Shown: positions 34,554-43,133 of the stretch, one piece after another
How the letters are laid out: every line of letters begins with the position of its first letter
How positions within the stretch are numbered: position 1 is the stretch's first letter
Origin: a virus
Length of the DNA: 49,477 nucleotides
IMG/VR virus record: IMGVR_UViG_3300013947_000375
Span: 1 to 49,477 of that record
Reading direction: 5' to 3' (one strand)
Notes under the pieces: generated by a model
The model's database searches: none
Told to the model about the DNA's origin: nothing
Seen by the model: the letters and a program-made list of their open reading frames with translations, nothing else
Translations under genes and position numbers: made by a program

Positions 34554-34585
34554 TATGGTTTATACCTCCTTTTAATATATAAATT

Positions 34586-34614
34586 ATTATATCATAAAAG
34601 AACCCCCTTGTAAA
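34586..34614 (-). promoter_or_regulatory. early promoter with its -35 inside a terminator loop
   Basis: minus strand TTTACA, N17, TGA-TATAAT. Confidence 0.65.
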
Positions 34615-34621
34615 GGGGTTC
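34595..34621 (-). terminator. intrinsic terminator after the DNA polymerase gene
   Basis: GAACCCC (34600-34606) / GGGGTTC (34615-34621) stem; T-run on the minus strand. Confidence 0.7.
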
Positions 34622-34633
34622 TTTCTTGAGAAA

Positions 34634-37081
34634 TTATTTATTCAAGGAGTTTAAATAGTCTTGAATTTCCTGTTTCCAGGTATCATCTCCAGGATCCATA
34701 TGAAGCTCCTTACCTGCTCCCCAGGATTGTCCTATGGCTACATCCGCCACAATAGGAACATCGCTTTCGAAATGAAAAACTTCCTCTAGGGCTTTAGGGT
34801 GTTCTAGGATGTGTTTTGCCCTAGGGCAGAACTCCATTAAGTAGTCATTCCTTACCTCAAACAGGGTAGCATCATGAACAGTTCCTATAACGAAAAACTT
34901 ATCTTTGTCTAGCTTATAAGCTGGGTCATAGTACTGGGCATTTCCCATTATCTCGGACATTCCTAAGATGGTTAGGTCTGAGCCAAATCCCTGGACCGGT
35001 GAATTTATACTCTGTCTTTCAGCTTCAGCCTTCTTGGACTTGTCTGTGGAGTATATATCGGGAAGTCTCCGTATTCTCCCTATGGGACTCCTTACTTGGC
35101 CTATGGACTGGACTATTCTTCTTTGCTTAGAGTGCCATTTAGGTAGAGAATGGTAGGTTTCAAAAAACTTTCCCCGCCATTGCTCAGCTTCTTTATCGGT
35201 AAGATCTACCCCATAGTTATCTCGAGCGTATATCTTGAACTTTCTCCAGCCCATCCCATAGACGAATCCAAAGTTAACAGCCTTGGCCTTCTTTCTCTGT
35301 TCCTTTCGAATGTACTTATCATCCGAGACCTTCTCCCCAGTTATCATCTCAAAGGTGTGGGTGTGAATATCCCCGCCCGTTTGATAGATCCTCTTCATGG
35401 TCTCATCCCCAGACATTATGGCGGCTATTCTAAGTTCAGCTTGGGAATAGTCTATCTCTACCACAGACCAGCCTTCAGGGGCTCCTACTAGATTTCGGAT
35501 AATGGGATCCCGGGGAACTTGTTGAAGATTGGGATCAGTACAGGAGGTTCTCCCTGTTACAGTTCCATGGAGTTTAAAATTAGGAAATAGTCTTCTACCC
35601 CACATACGGTTGATCCACCCATCTATAAAATGAGAGATCTGTATATTCACCCCACGATACTTAAGGATAAGTTCCACTATGGGATGTTTATCCCTTAATT
35701 GCATTAAGGTAGCCTCACTTGTAGAGGGGGCTCCTGATTCGGTTCTCTCCAAAATAGGAAGTTTTAGTTCCCCATAGAGTAGCTTTTGGATCTGGGCCGG
35801 AGAGTTCCAATTGACCTCGTGTCCAGCTAGCTTAATGAGCTGTTTCTCTATTTTGGACTTCTCAGACTCCAGATGCTTTCTTACCTGTTTGAACTGTTGT
35901 GGATAGATAAACACCCCATGTTCTTCTACGGTCTCATAGGATATAATTCCCGGCATATAAAGGTGGTAGAAGAGTTTCATAAGGGCTCTATCTTGCTTTA
36001 ATTTCTTATGGAATACTTTATAGAGCTTATACTCATAGTAGACATCGTATCCCAAATAGGTAAGATACTCTTGATACTTCCCCCGGGTCTGGTATTGCCC
36101 CGTTTTCAGGGACTTATCGACATCCCACTCGGGGGCATTACATTCCAGAGCTGCATTCTCCTTAACACCATTGGGGGTATTCTCGTTGAGAATATGGGAG
36201 GCGAGCACTACGTCGAATGTAATATGGGGTTTAGTCCCAAAATGGTATTGAAGGAATAGATCATCAAACTTTCCATTACCAGCCACAAGAGCTTTAGCGT
36301 TAGTATTTAGCCACTTTATGCAGGCCCTTATAATTTTCCTTTGGGCCAGTCTTGCGCCCTTCAGCGGGCTGTAATTGGCCTCTAAGGGAATGATATATTG
36401 AACCTTATCATTTCCAAACCCAAATAGGTTGATCTCGTCCTCAAACCTAACTAGTCCTGTGGTCTCTATATCATAGCTCAGGTATAGATAGTCATTCTTA
36501 ATTAGGTGTTGAAAGGCCCTTCTCAGTTGTCTCATATTGGTGATAAGTCTAACATCCAGTTCTGGAAGTCCCTCTAGCTCTCCCTCTATCATAGCTTTGA
36601 AATTATTCATAGCCTTATCCACAAAGGGGGCCTTTCCCGGGTCTCGATAAACTACTCCCGGACTATAGGAGGGCATATACTTAATTCCACCCTTCTCAAC
36701 CATAATTCCATTGAGCTCCGTAATAGAGCCATCCACAGTTGCTTTAAGGGCCTGAGCCCCTAGAAGTAGAACAAACTGGGGTTTTACCTGAGCTATCTCT
36801 TGATCAAGATGAACTTTACATTTCTTAATATCCCCCACCTTGAACTTGGTACCCCTAGGGCAGGCACACTTGATAGCATTGGTGTAGTAAATCTTCTCAG
36901 GGTCTATTCCTATCTCCCGAAGTCTTTCTATGAGAGAGGACGGCATCACTGCCGCCCCCATCTCTTCATCATGCTCAGTAGCATAACTGTTTATGACCAT
37001 AACTTTAGCCTCGGGACTCCCAGAGCCCCAGATGCAAGAGGGATCTGAGAAGGAACAAAGGTTACAGTTATTACAGGTCAT
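34634..37081 (-). CDS. family A DNA polymerase (3'-5' exo + pol) with N-terminal UDG family-4-like domain
   Basis: exo motif YLSYDIETTGL; pol motifs DYSQAELRIAA, KAVNFGFVYGMG, VHDATLFEV; N-terminus CNNCNLC...WGSGSPEAKVMVI...NAIKCACP resembles family-4 UDG. Confidence 0.9.
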   Translation of the reverse strand: MTCNNCNLCSFSDPSCIWGSGSPEAKVMVINSYATEHDEEMGAAVMPSSLIERLREIGIDPEKIYYTNAIKCACPRGTKFKVGDIKKCKVHLDQEIAQVKPQFVLLLGAQALKATVDGSITELNGIMVEKGGIKYMPSYSPGVVYRDPGKAPFVDKAMNNFKAMIEGELEGLPELDVRLITNMRQLRRAFQHLIKNDYLYLSYDIETTGLVRFEDEINLFGFGNDKVQYIIPLEANYSPLKGARLAQRKIIRACIKWLNTNAKALVAGNGKFDDLFLQYHFGTKPHITFDVVLASHILNENTPNGVKENAALECNAPEWDVDKSLKTGQYQTRGKYQEYLTYLGYDVYYEYKLYKVFHKKLKQDRALMKLFYHLYMPGIISYETVEEHGVFIYPQQFKQVRKHLESEKSKIEKQLIKLAGHEVNWNSPAQIQKLLYGELKLPILERTESGAPSTSEATLMQLRDKHPIVELILKYRGVNIQISHFIDGWINRMWGRRLFPNFKLHGTVTGRTSCTDPNLQQVPRDPIIRNLVGAPEGWSVVEIDYSQAELRIAAIMSGDETMKRIYQTGGDIHTHTFEMITGEKVSDDKYIRKEQRKKAKAVNFGFVYGMGWRKFKIYARDNYGVDLTDKEAEQWRGKFFETYHSLPKWHSKQRRIVQSIGQVRSPIGRIRRLPDIYSTDKSKKAEAERQSINSPVQGFGSDLTILGMSEIMGNAQYYDPAYKLDKDKFFVIGTVHDATLFEVRNDYLMEFCPRAKHILEHPKALEEVFHFESDVPIVADVAIGQSWGAGKELHMDPGDDTWKQEIQDYLNSLNK

Positions 37082-37809
37082 TAGAATACTCCCTCCACGT
37101 CCTTATTGTATACATGCAGGGAGAAGATAGTGTGGGTAAAACTCCCCACAGGGTAGCCGGTTTTCTCAGCCACCCACTCCAGAAATCGAATGGCCAGGTA
37201 GACATCATTTCGAAAATGGGTAGCGAAGTCACAGGATCTCATTACATAGTGCAGATTGAGCTTCCCATCACGAACCTGAAGGCCATACCCCAGGGAACAG
37301 GGAACTCGAGAAATACCCCCCAAGAAGTTAGGATCTCTGGTGGGACTCCAAAGACTAATCCACAGTTGGCGAGAGTCAGGATCTTCCTTTAGACGATTGA
37401 TGATCTTAGTTACCTGGTCATTATTCCAGATGAGCTCGTTGTAGGTATAGGCCATTTTACCTTCGTGTAGATATTCGGTCCATACCTCTTTGCGTAGCTC
37501 CCAGGCCTTTCCAGGATTAAGAAAATGGGGGGAAAGGTAGTTAGCCTGACCATCAGAAGTACGGTTCCAAGGGTCAGTTACCCTCTCCTTGAACTCAGCA
37601 TCGGCCCAAGGCTGAGTAACCCCAGGAATGTCCTGGCTCTTGGCGTCGAGCAGACAGTAAGAATAATTCTGGAGCTCCCTAGTCTCGTAGTCAGGATTTC
37701 CTTTGACATACTTGTCCTGCATAGTGGCAGGTCTTACCACAATGCCCATCTCAGCAAGGTCCCGTTTGGTCTCCTCGATCATTTCCTCAGCATTAATGTA
37801 GATTCTCAT
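37081..37809 (-). CDS. thymidylate synthase (ThyA)-fold pyrimidine C5 transferase; candidate dCMP/dUMP hydroxymethylase or methylase
   Basis: RVPCSLGYGLQVRDGKLNLHYVMRSCDFATHFRNDVYL...SLHVY parallels the ThyA PCH...QRSCD...PFN...DxHxY core. Confidence 0.7.
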   Translation of the reverse strand: MRIYINAEEMIEETKRDLAEMGIVVRPATMQDKYVKGNPDYETRELQNYSYCLLDAKSQDIPGVTQPWADAEFKERVTDPWNRTSDGQANYLSPHFLNPGKAWELRKEVWTEYLHEGKMAYTYNELIWNNDQVTKIINRLKEDPDSRQLWISLWSPTRDPNFLGGISRVPCSLGYGLQVRDGKLNLHYVMRSCDFATHFRNDVYLAIRFLEWVAEKTGYPVGSFTHTIFSLHVYNKDVEGVF

Positions 37810-37812
37810 AGA

Positions 37813-38556
37813 TTATACCTCCAGTTCAAAGTCTTTATAGGTTATAGGTTCAAAAACCTTTCCCTCTCGGAGAGCATTAGCCACATCTTGCATTTTTTGA
37901 GCCGGGCTAAGTTTCTGGCGGGGGGAATTCTCTTGATAGTATTTATCATTGCGGTACCGAATAATTTTCCAATAGGGGTGAGACTCGGGATCTAGGTCTT
38001 CCATTCTTACTCCGAAGACAGATTCTACCAAGGGTATAACATACATCCCCGATTGATAGGCACTAGTAATGAAAAACTCGATACTAGAGAATTGGGAGTT
38101 GGGAACTTTGGAGAGTAAATGGTGTAGAAGTATAAGATCAGCGGCCCATCGCTTTTGCAACTCTGTAGCTCTCCAAATAACTGTGGCTTTGGTCCAGGGT
38201 TTTTTTCTACTATGCCTGGTAAGGATAACCTCCCTCATACAAGACCCGTTACCTGTATTCTTTCTCTTGAAATCGAAAGCTAGGGATATTCCTTTGGAAA
38301 TTTCACATAAATGGTAAAATTCCCTAAGTTTATCCCGGTCAATATAGGTTTTAACCAGATGATCCCATTTTCTAGAGGAGTACCCCAGGGGGGCTAGGTC
38401 CACTTTATCACAGATTATACTGTCGATTGTGATAAATAGGTCCTCTATGACCCCCCTGGTATTCTCCAGGTAATTTATCTGGTCGGGATGGAGAAGAATG
38501 TCCCTATTTAGATGAAAATAGGCCTCACTAAAATCTTTATAGTGTTTCTTCAGCAT
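37813..38556 (-). CDS. divergent second ThyA-fold-like paralog
   Basis: GSCMREVILTRH...ATVIWRATELQKRWAADLILLHHL has the same spacing as the Cys-strand / RS.D segment of the neighbour; weak. Confidence 0.35.
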   Translation of the reverse strand: MLKKHYKDFSEAYFHLNRDILLHPDQINYLENTRGVIEDLFITIDSIICDKVDLAPLGYSSRKWDHLVKTYIDRDKLREFYHLCEISKGISLAFDFKRKNTGNGSCMREVILTRHSRKKPWTKATVIWRATELQKRWAADLILLHHLLSKVPNSQFSSIEFFITSAYQSGMYVIPLVESVFGVRMEDLDPESHPYWKIIRYRNDKYYQENSPRQKLSPAQKMQDVANALREGKVFEPITYKDFELEV

Positions 38557-38569
38557 CCAGCTCCCCCCC

Positions 38570-39226
38570 TTAGTAATTACTTCTCTGGCGGAACATGTTA
38601 ACCTGAGACTTCTTCAGGTATACCTTAGCTATGCCTTCGGCATCCATACCAGAGACTACCAGAATAGTAATATAACAAGCCCAGGCATTAGTCAGTCTAT
38701 GATAAAAAGCTTCTCTATCAGTCTTCATCATAGACTGCTTCCAGGGCTTATTCTTCAGGCAGTTGCACATCATAGCCAGCTGTTCGATGAAACTAGAGAC
38801 CCAGTAATTCAAGTTATGATTACGGTCCTCAATTAGATTTCGGGAATTCTCCACCAAGTCCTCCAAGTGGTCCTCACTATAAAGAAGGGGGATACCCGAG
38901 GGAATAATGGTATCGTAGTTCTTACCAGCCAGAATAGTCAGCTCAGTCAGAAAATGAAGACCATCAATAAGCTCCTCTTGATAATGGTCTGAGTTAGTTC
39001 TAGCATCAAGGGCCTCCCCAAGCTCCTCAGTAACCCTCCAGGAAAAGTCCTTGATACGGGCTTGCCCCCTCTTATCATCCAGATTCACCGGGCAGTCTTC
39101 GGTCTGAAGTAGTCCAGACTTTAGTTCAATGTCATGGTACTTACCCATTAGGGATCTCTGTCGGTCAAAAATAGCCTTAAGCAGATCACCCTCAACCTTC
39201 TCCTCTACGGCATGGTTAATATTCAT
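38570..39226 (-). CDS. all-alpha NTP pyrophosphohydrolase (dimeric dUTPase/dCTPase-like, MazG superfamily)
   Basis: LKAIFDRQRSLMGKY..., TEELGEALDA, ELIDGLHFLTEL pattern typical of dimeric dUTPases. Confidence 0.5.
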   Translation of the reverse strand: MNINHAVEEKVEGDLLKAIFDRQRSLMGKYHDIELKSGLLQTEDCPVNLDDKRGQARIKDFSWRVTEELGEALDARTNSDHYQEELIDGLHFLTELTILAGKNYDTIIPSGIPLLYSEDHLEDLVENSRNLIEDRNHNLNYWVSSFIEQLAMMCNCLKNKPWKQSMMKTDREAFYHRLTNAWACYITILVVSGMDAEGIAKVYLKKSQVNMFRQRSNY

Positions 39227-39699
39227 TACTTTTCCTCCATTTCTGTGGTATAGTCGTATACTCGAATATCCCAGCCTCTAGTCTTGAGTTTCCACATTAG
39301 GTCATCCCAAGCAGCCAGGAGCTTCTCCTTGGTTTTAATTACCCCCTCCATCTGTTCTCGATCCCCAAAGTTAAAAATAACCTCAGAGGGAGGTCTGGTA
39401 TATACGATGGTGGGATGGAGATCTTTCAGAGACTCCATATAAGGATCATCCAGAGAATAGATGGGATCCCCCCGAAGAACCTTTCCATAGACCATTTCCT
39501 CGAAGGGAAGGAATCTATCGAAAAGGGTAGAGTTGGGGAAAGACTTCTCCCGGGTCATTTGGTCCAAAAACCAGATATGCTTCTCATCCTTACTATGGTC
39601 AGGCCCCAAGGACTTAACCACCGGAAGGTTGAGAGTCTTGGACACTTCATTCACCAAAGTGGTTTTTCCCGAATTGTCCATGCCAGTGAAAATCAACAT
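39226..39699 (-). CDS. P-loop nucleotide kinase (thymidylate/dNMP kinase-like)
   Basis: Walker A GMDNSGKTT resembles Tmk G.DG.GKTT; 157 aa. Confidence 0.45.
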   Translation of the reverse strand: MLIFTGMDNSGKTTLVNEVSKTLNLPVVKSLGPDHSKDEKHIWFLDQMTREKSFPNSTLFDRFLPFEEMVYGKVLRGDPIYSLDDPYMESLKDLHPTIVYTRPPSEVIFNFGDREQMEGVIKTKEKLLAAWDDLMWKLKTRGWDIRVYDYTTEMEEK

Positions 39700-39744
39700 T
39701 AACTGTTCCTCCTTATTTAGGATAGTTATATTATATCACAATAT

Positions 39745-41709
39745 TTAGCGTTTGGGAATGGTGTAACCCTTATTCATGGGAACTATTCTCTTGGATTTTA
39801 GCAGGTTGTCTAAAACCTTACGAGTAGTTTCGAAATTGGAACCTAAACCCTCCTTTATGGCTCTTTTAGTAACTGGGACATTAGAGGTTCTTAGCATATC
39901 CACAACCTCGTCCTCTAGAGTTTTAATGGTAACATGAGGTTCTCCTGCTGCTCCCACAGTAACTCTATATCTGGGATTTCCAATTTCCCCCATTTCGAAA
40001 TGAATGTCTAGTTCCGGGTAATTACCCGCCATTCGAAACTCCCTGCTAAGAGTTATGGTGGAGGATCCTGAGGACTCAGCTAGATCTACTTCTCTATTTG
40101 GGGGGGTTTCTTCATCTTCGTCGGATTTGGTAAGATACCAAGCAGACTCTACCCAGCCATATAGCATCACAGAACCAGCCATTCTAGCTCCTCCCCGAAG
40201 AACCTGTTGATTGCTACCTTTGTTATAGTGATGAATAACCATAACACTAGTCTTATACTGGGTCTTAAGACTAAGCAGCCAGTTAAGTACGGGATTCAAC
40301 TCTTTCGAAGAATTAAGATCTCCATCGAACATTAGGTATAGGGGGTCGAAAACCACAAGTACAGGCTTAATCTCTTTAATGAGGGACTCAATCTGTCTCC
40401 TGTGGTCCTCATTACTGAGGGTAAATCCCTGTTGGTTTAAAAAGGTAATAGGGAGATCAGGGGGAAATTCTACATGTAATTTTTTGGAGGATATTCTTTC
40501 CACTTCTCCTACTAGCCCTCTATCTAAAATGACCTTTTCTGTTCGATCCTTCATAATGTAGTCAGCATTCTCATTCTGAACTACTATCACTGGACCGGGG
40601 TCTAAAACTTGAAACCTACCCAAAAAGGGCTGACCACTAGCTACAGAGATTATTAAATCATGAACTAGGGTGGACTTAAAACATTTTGGCATTCCGGCCA
40701 CTATTCCATGAGACCTTCGTCCCCAAAATCCCTTGACCAACCAGCCCTCAAAGGTATTGCAATTTCCCATAACCTCTTCATAGTTAGAGGTTTTCATGAG
40801 TCCTATTTCTTCCTGTCCCGGATCAGGTATCTCCCCCGAGATAATCTTCTCCAGCTCTTTTTGAATTCGGGAGTCTTCATCCCTTCTACCTTTGTACTTG
40901 TTAAAGACACTGTTCTTGATTAGATATATAATCTCTTGAGGGGTCATTCCTAGCTCATGTAAGGAGTTCTCTACAAACCAAATAGTTCCAGATCGATCTA
41001 CCCCATTTAGAGACTCTAGGGCTAGAAGGTCTCTTACCTTTTTAGGGATGGAGTACTTAGCATAGATCTTTCTCTCCATTATTGTGGCCTCTTTAGAGGC
41101 CTCTGAGGGGTTGCTGGGGACTTTTTCTGGGGGAGGGGTAGTAACTATACCCCCCACAGCTTTACGGAGATTCTTGGGCTTATAAATGACCTTAGTGGCC
41201 TTTGGCATTCCTACTCTGGGGGAGTTTCGGTATTTGTGATTAATAGTTCCGGGAATTCGATAGACATGGGCAAAATCGAAACAGTCATCACACCCTATAT
41301 GGGTGGCTAGGGCCTTATTAAGGGGGGTATATTCCTTTTCATCGATGTATCGATCCAACTCCCACAGACCTTGATACTTGTTGGGAGAACTTTCCCAGAT
41401 ATAACTAGGTTTAGGGTCCAAAGTGGAGGGATCTTCACACTCATCTATATCTTGGGCCATAAACTTAGTATCAACGGAGTAGGAATTTTGTCTCTTAGGA
41501 TGACTAAAGGGCATAGGAGACCAATAGAGGTCATATTCCCCAGGGGGATAGGATTCAAAAAACCCCCTAAGCTTCTTTCTAAGGTCCTTACCAAATCGAA
41601 GGGGGACATCCCTCCAAAACTTCCCGTTTCTGGCGGCCAAGATAATGTAGTCCCCTGGCTCACACTGTTGAGAGAAGATGTGATTTAGAAATTTGATGGT
41701 TTCTCTCAT
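39745..41709 (-). CDS. primase-helicase (N-terminal primase/polymerase-like domain, C-terminal RepA/AAA_25 RecA-fold helicase, wHTH tail)
   Basis: GMPKCFKSTLVHDLIISVASGQPFLG Walker A region; VVFDPL Walker B; N-terminal DIDECED...YQGLWEL. Confidence 0.7.
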   Translation of the reverse strand: MRETIKFLNHIFSQQCEPGDYIILAARNGKFWRDVPLRFGKDLRKKLRGFFESYPPGEYDLYWSPMPFSHPKRQNSYSVDTKFMAQDIDECEDPSTLDPKPSYIWESSPNKYQGLWELDRYIDEKEYTPLNKALATHIGCDDCFDFAHVYRIPGTINHKYRNSPRVGMPKATKVIYKPKNLRKAVGGIVTTPPPEKVPSNPSEASKEATIMERKIYAKYSIPKKVRDLLALESLNGVDRSGTIWFVENSLHELGMTPQEIIYLIKNSVFNKYKGRRDEDSRIQKELEKIISGEIPDPGQEEIGLMKTSNYEEVMGNCNTFEGWLVKGFWGRRSHGIVAGMPKCFKSTLVHDLIISVASGQPFLGRFQVLDPGPVIVVQNENADYIMKDRTEKVILDRGLVGEVERISSKKLHVEFPPDLPITFLNQQGFTLSNEDHRRQIESLIKEIKPVLVVFDPLYLMFDGDLNSSKELNPVLNWLLSLKTQYKTSVMVIHHYNKGSNQQVLRGGARMAGSVMLYGWVESAWYLTKSDEDEETPPNREVDLAESSGSSTITLSREFRMAGNYPELDIHFEMGEIGNPRYRVTVGAAGEPHVTIKTLEDEVVDMLRTSNVPVTKRAIKEGLGSNFETTRKVLDNLLKSKRIVPMNKGYTIPKR

Positions 41710-41730
41710 AGACTACTTCTCCTTTGATAA

Positions 41731-41766
41731 AAAGAGGGGAGGATGAACTTTAGGTTCACCCCCCCC
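41731..41766 (-). terminator. imperfect hairpin + T-tract after 41794-42360 (possible leaky terminator)
   Basis: TGAAC (41744-41748) / GTTCA (41754-41758) core extended by G/C runs; no promoter seen before the primase gene. Confidence 0.35.
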
Positions 41767-41793
41767 ATTAGTATCTTGACCAAAGGAGTGGGA

Positions 41794-42360
41794 TTACTCC
41801 TTATCGTCCGCCTCCAGGGCCTTGACCATATCAGCCTTGGCCATTCCCTTGGTGACCTTGATGCCTCTGGTACGACACTCCTTCTTCAGATCCTTGAGAG
41901 CCCAGTCAGAGTAGTCCTCAGAGTCCTCATCGTCCTCATTGGATTCCTCCTCGAAATCCCCATCCTCATCATCTTCAGAGTCCTCATCGTCCTCGGGCTC
42001 AGCCTTCTTCTTAGACTTCTTAGAGGTCTTTTCCTTCTTAGACTTCTTAGGGGGCTTCTCCTCTTCCTCCTCCGGCTCCTTCGAATCATCGGAATCCTCC
42101 ATCATGGAGATCTCATTCTCATAAGCTCCCTTGATCTTATTCAGCGCCTCAGTCATGAGATCAGCAGCAGCTCTCAGAGACTCATCCACAGAAAGCGGGG
42201 CCTCTTCACCCGGCTGGCGGGAAATAAGCTCATCTGTGATTTTCAGAGCCTTATTGGTGGCCTTCTCATCCACCTCATCATCAGACAGGGTCTCCTTCAG
42301 CAGGGCCAGCAGATCAGGGGTCTCAGCCTCCAGAAACTTGGGCTTCTTGTTCTTAGCCAT
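41794..42360 (-). CDS. highly acidic protein with C-terminal HeH/SAP-like motif
   Basis: D/E/K low-complexity centre; C-terminal LKDLKKECRTRGIKVTKGMAKADMVKALE. Confidence 0.7.
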   Translation of the reverse strand: MAKNKKPKFLEAETPDLLALLKETLSDDEVDEKATNKALKITDELISRQPGEEAPLSVDESLRAAADLMTEALNKIKGAYENEISMMEDSDDSKEPEEEEEKPPKKSKKEKTSKKSKKKAEPEDDEDSEDDEDGDFEEESNEDDEDSEDYSDWALKDLKKECRTRGIKVTKGMAKADMVKALEADDKE

Positions 42361-42416
42361 TTTAATAATTCCTCCTTATTTTATTGTTGAATGGGTAGTT
42401 CCCTTGGAATGTTTAT

Positions 42417-42445
42417 ATAATACCATAAGAAAATATGGTTGTAAA
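42417..42445 (-). promoter_or_regulatory. early promoter
   Basis: minus strand TTTACA, N17, TATTAT. Confidence 0.6.
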
Positions 42446-42464
42446 TGAGCTAAACTCTTGAAAT

Positions 42465-43133
42465 CTATTCAGCTCTCTTGATATCCTCAAAAAATGCAGG
42501 ATAGTACATAACCAGGAGATCATAAACTTCTCCGGCCACCTCTACCATTTGGGGGTGTGGGGTACCGGCTACCCCTACCCATCTCATCTCCAAGAAATGT
42601 CTCCATTCTCTAACATTCATGGTAGCTACAATCTCGGTTTTAGTACTATTGGGTAGTACTGAACGAGCCTCCTCAGGGGTAGCCCCCAACTCGAGCATTT
42701 TCATATAGTGTCTTTCGGCATCACACATTGCACTCATCCACTCATTATATTTAGCCGTATCTTTTGGGTCATTTAGGTCATAATGAAACCCACTAGCCAA
42801 GTCAATGACTGTAATTTCACTTCCAAACTTTCCCTTGGAATAATTACAGTAACGAGTACTTTCCTGACAATATGAGGCCAGTCTATGTCGTACTAACTCA
42901 TGGGTTATTCCACGATCACAGACAATGCGGAGAGAAATATAGGCATGTTCTAGTACAGACCAATGTTTTCGTTTCATGAGCCTTTGGATAAATTTCTCTG
43001 TAGTATCTCCCTCTACCCTCTCTGACCGATAACAAGTTCTCCCTGCAGCCTCTACTAGAGAGTAAAGAGACTTTGGAGGAGGAAGGGGTTGATTAGGAAC
43101 AGCCGATACTACATAAGGGGTAATAATTTTCAT
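42465..43133 (-). CDS. thyX: FAD-dependent thymidylate synthase ThyX
   Basis: ThyX signature RHRLASYCQES (RHR..S....S) and 222-aa size. Confidence 0.9.
   Translation of the reverse strand: MKIITPYVVSAVPNQPLPPPKSLYSLVEAAGRTCYRSERVEGDTTEKFIQRLMKRKHWSVLEHAYISLRIVCDRGITHELVRHRLASYCQESTRYCNYSKGKFGSEITVIDLASGFHYDLNDPKDTAKYNEWMSAMCDAERHYMKMLELGATPEEARSVLPNSTKTEIVATMNVREWRHFLEMRWVGVAGTPHPQMVEVAGEVYDLLVMYYPAFFEDIKRAE

Noticed and set aside
41743-42390. 215-aa plus-strand ORF, L/R/I-rich low complexity
   Set aside because: It mirrors the acidic (GAA/GAT-rich) minus-strand gene. It has no SD and lies in a minus-strand transcription unit.
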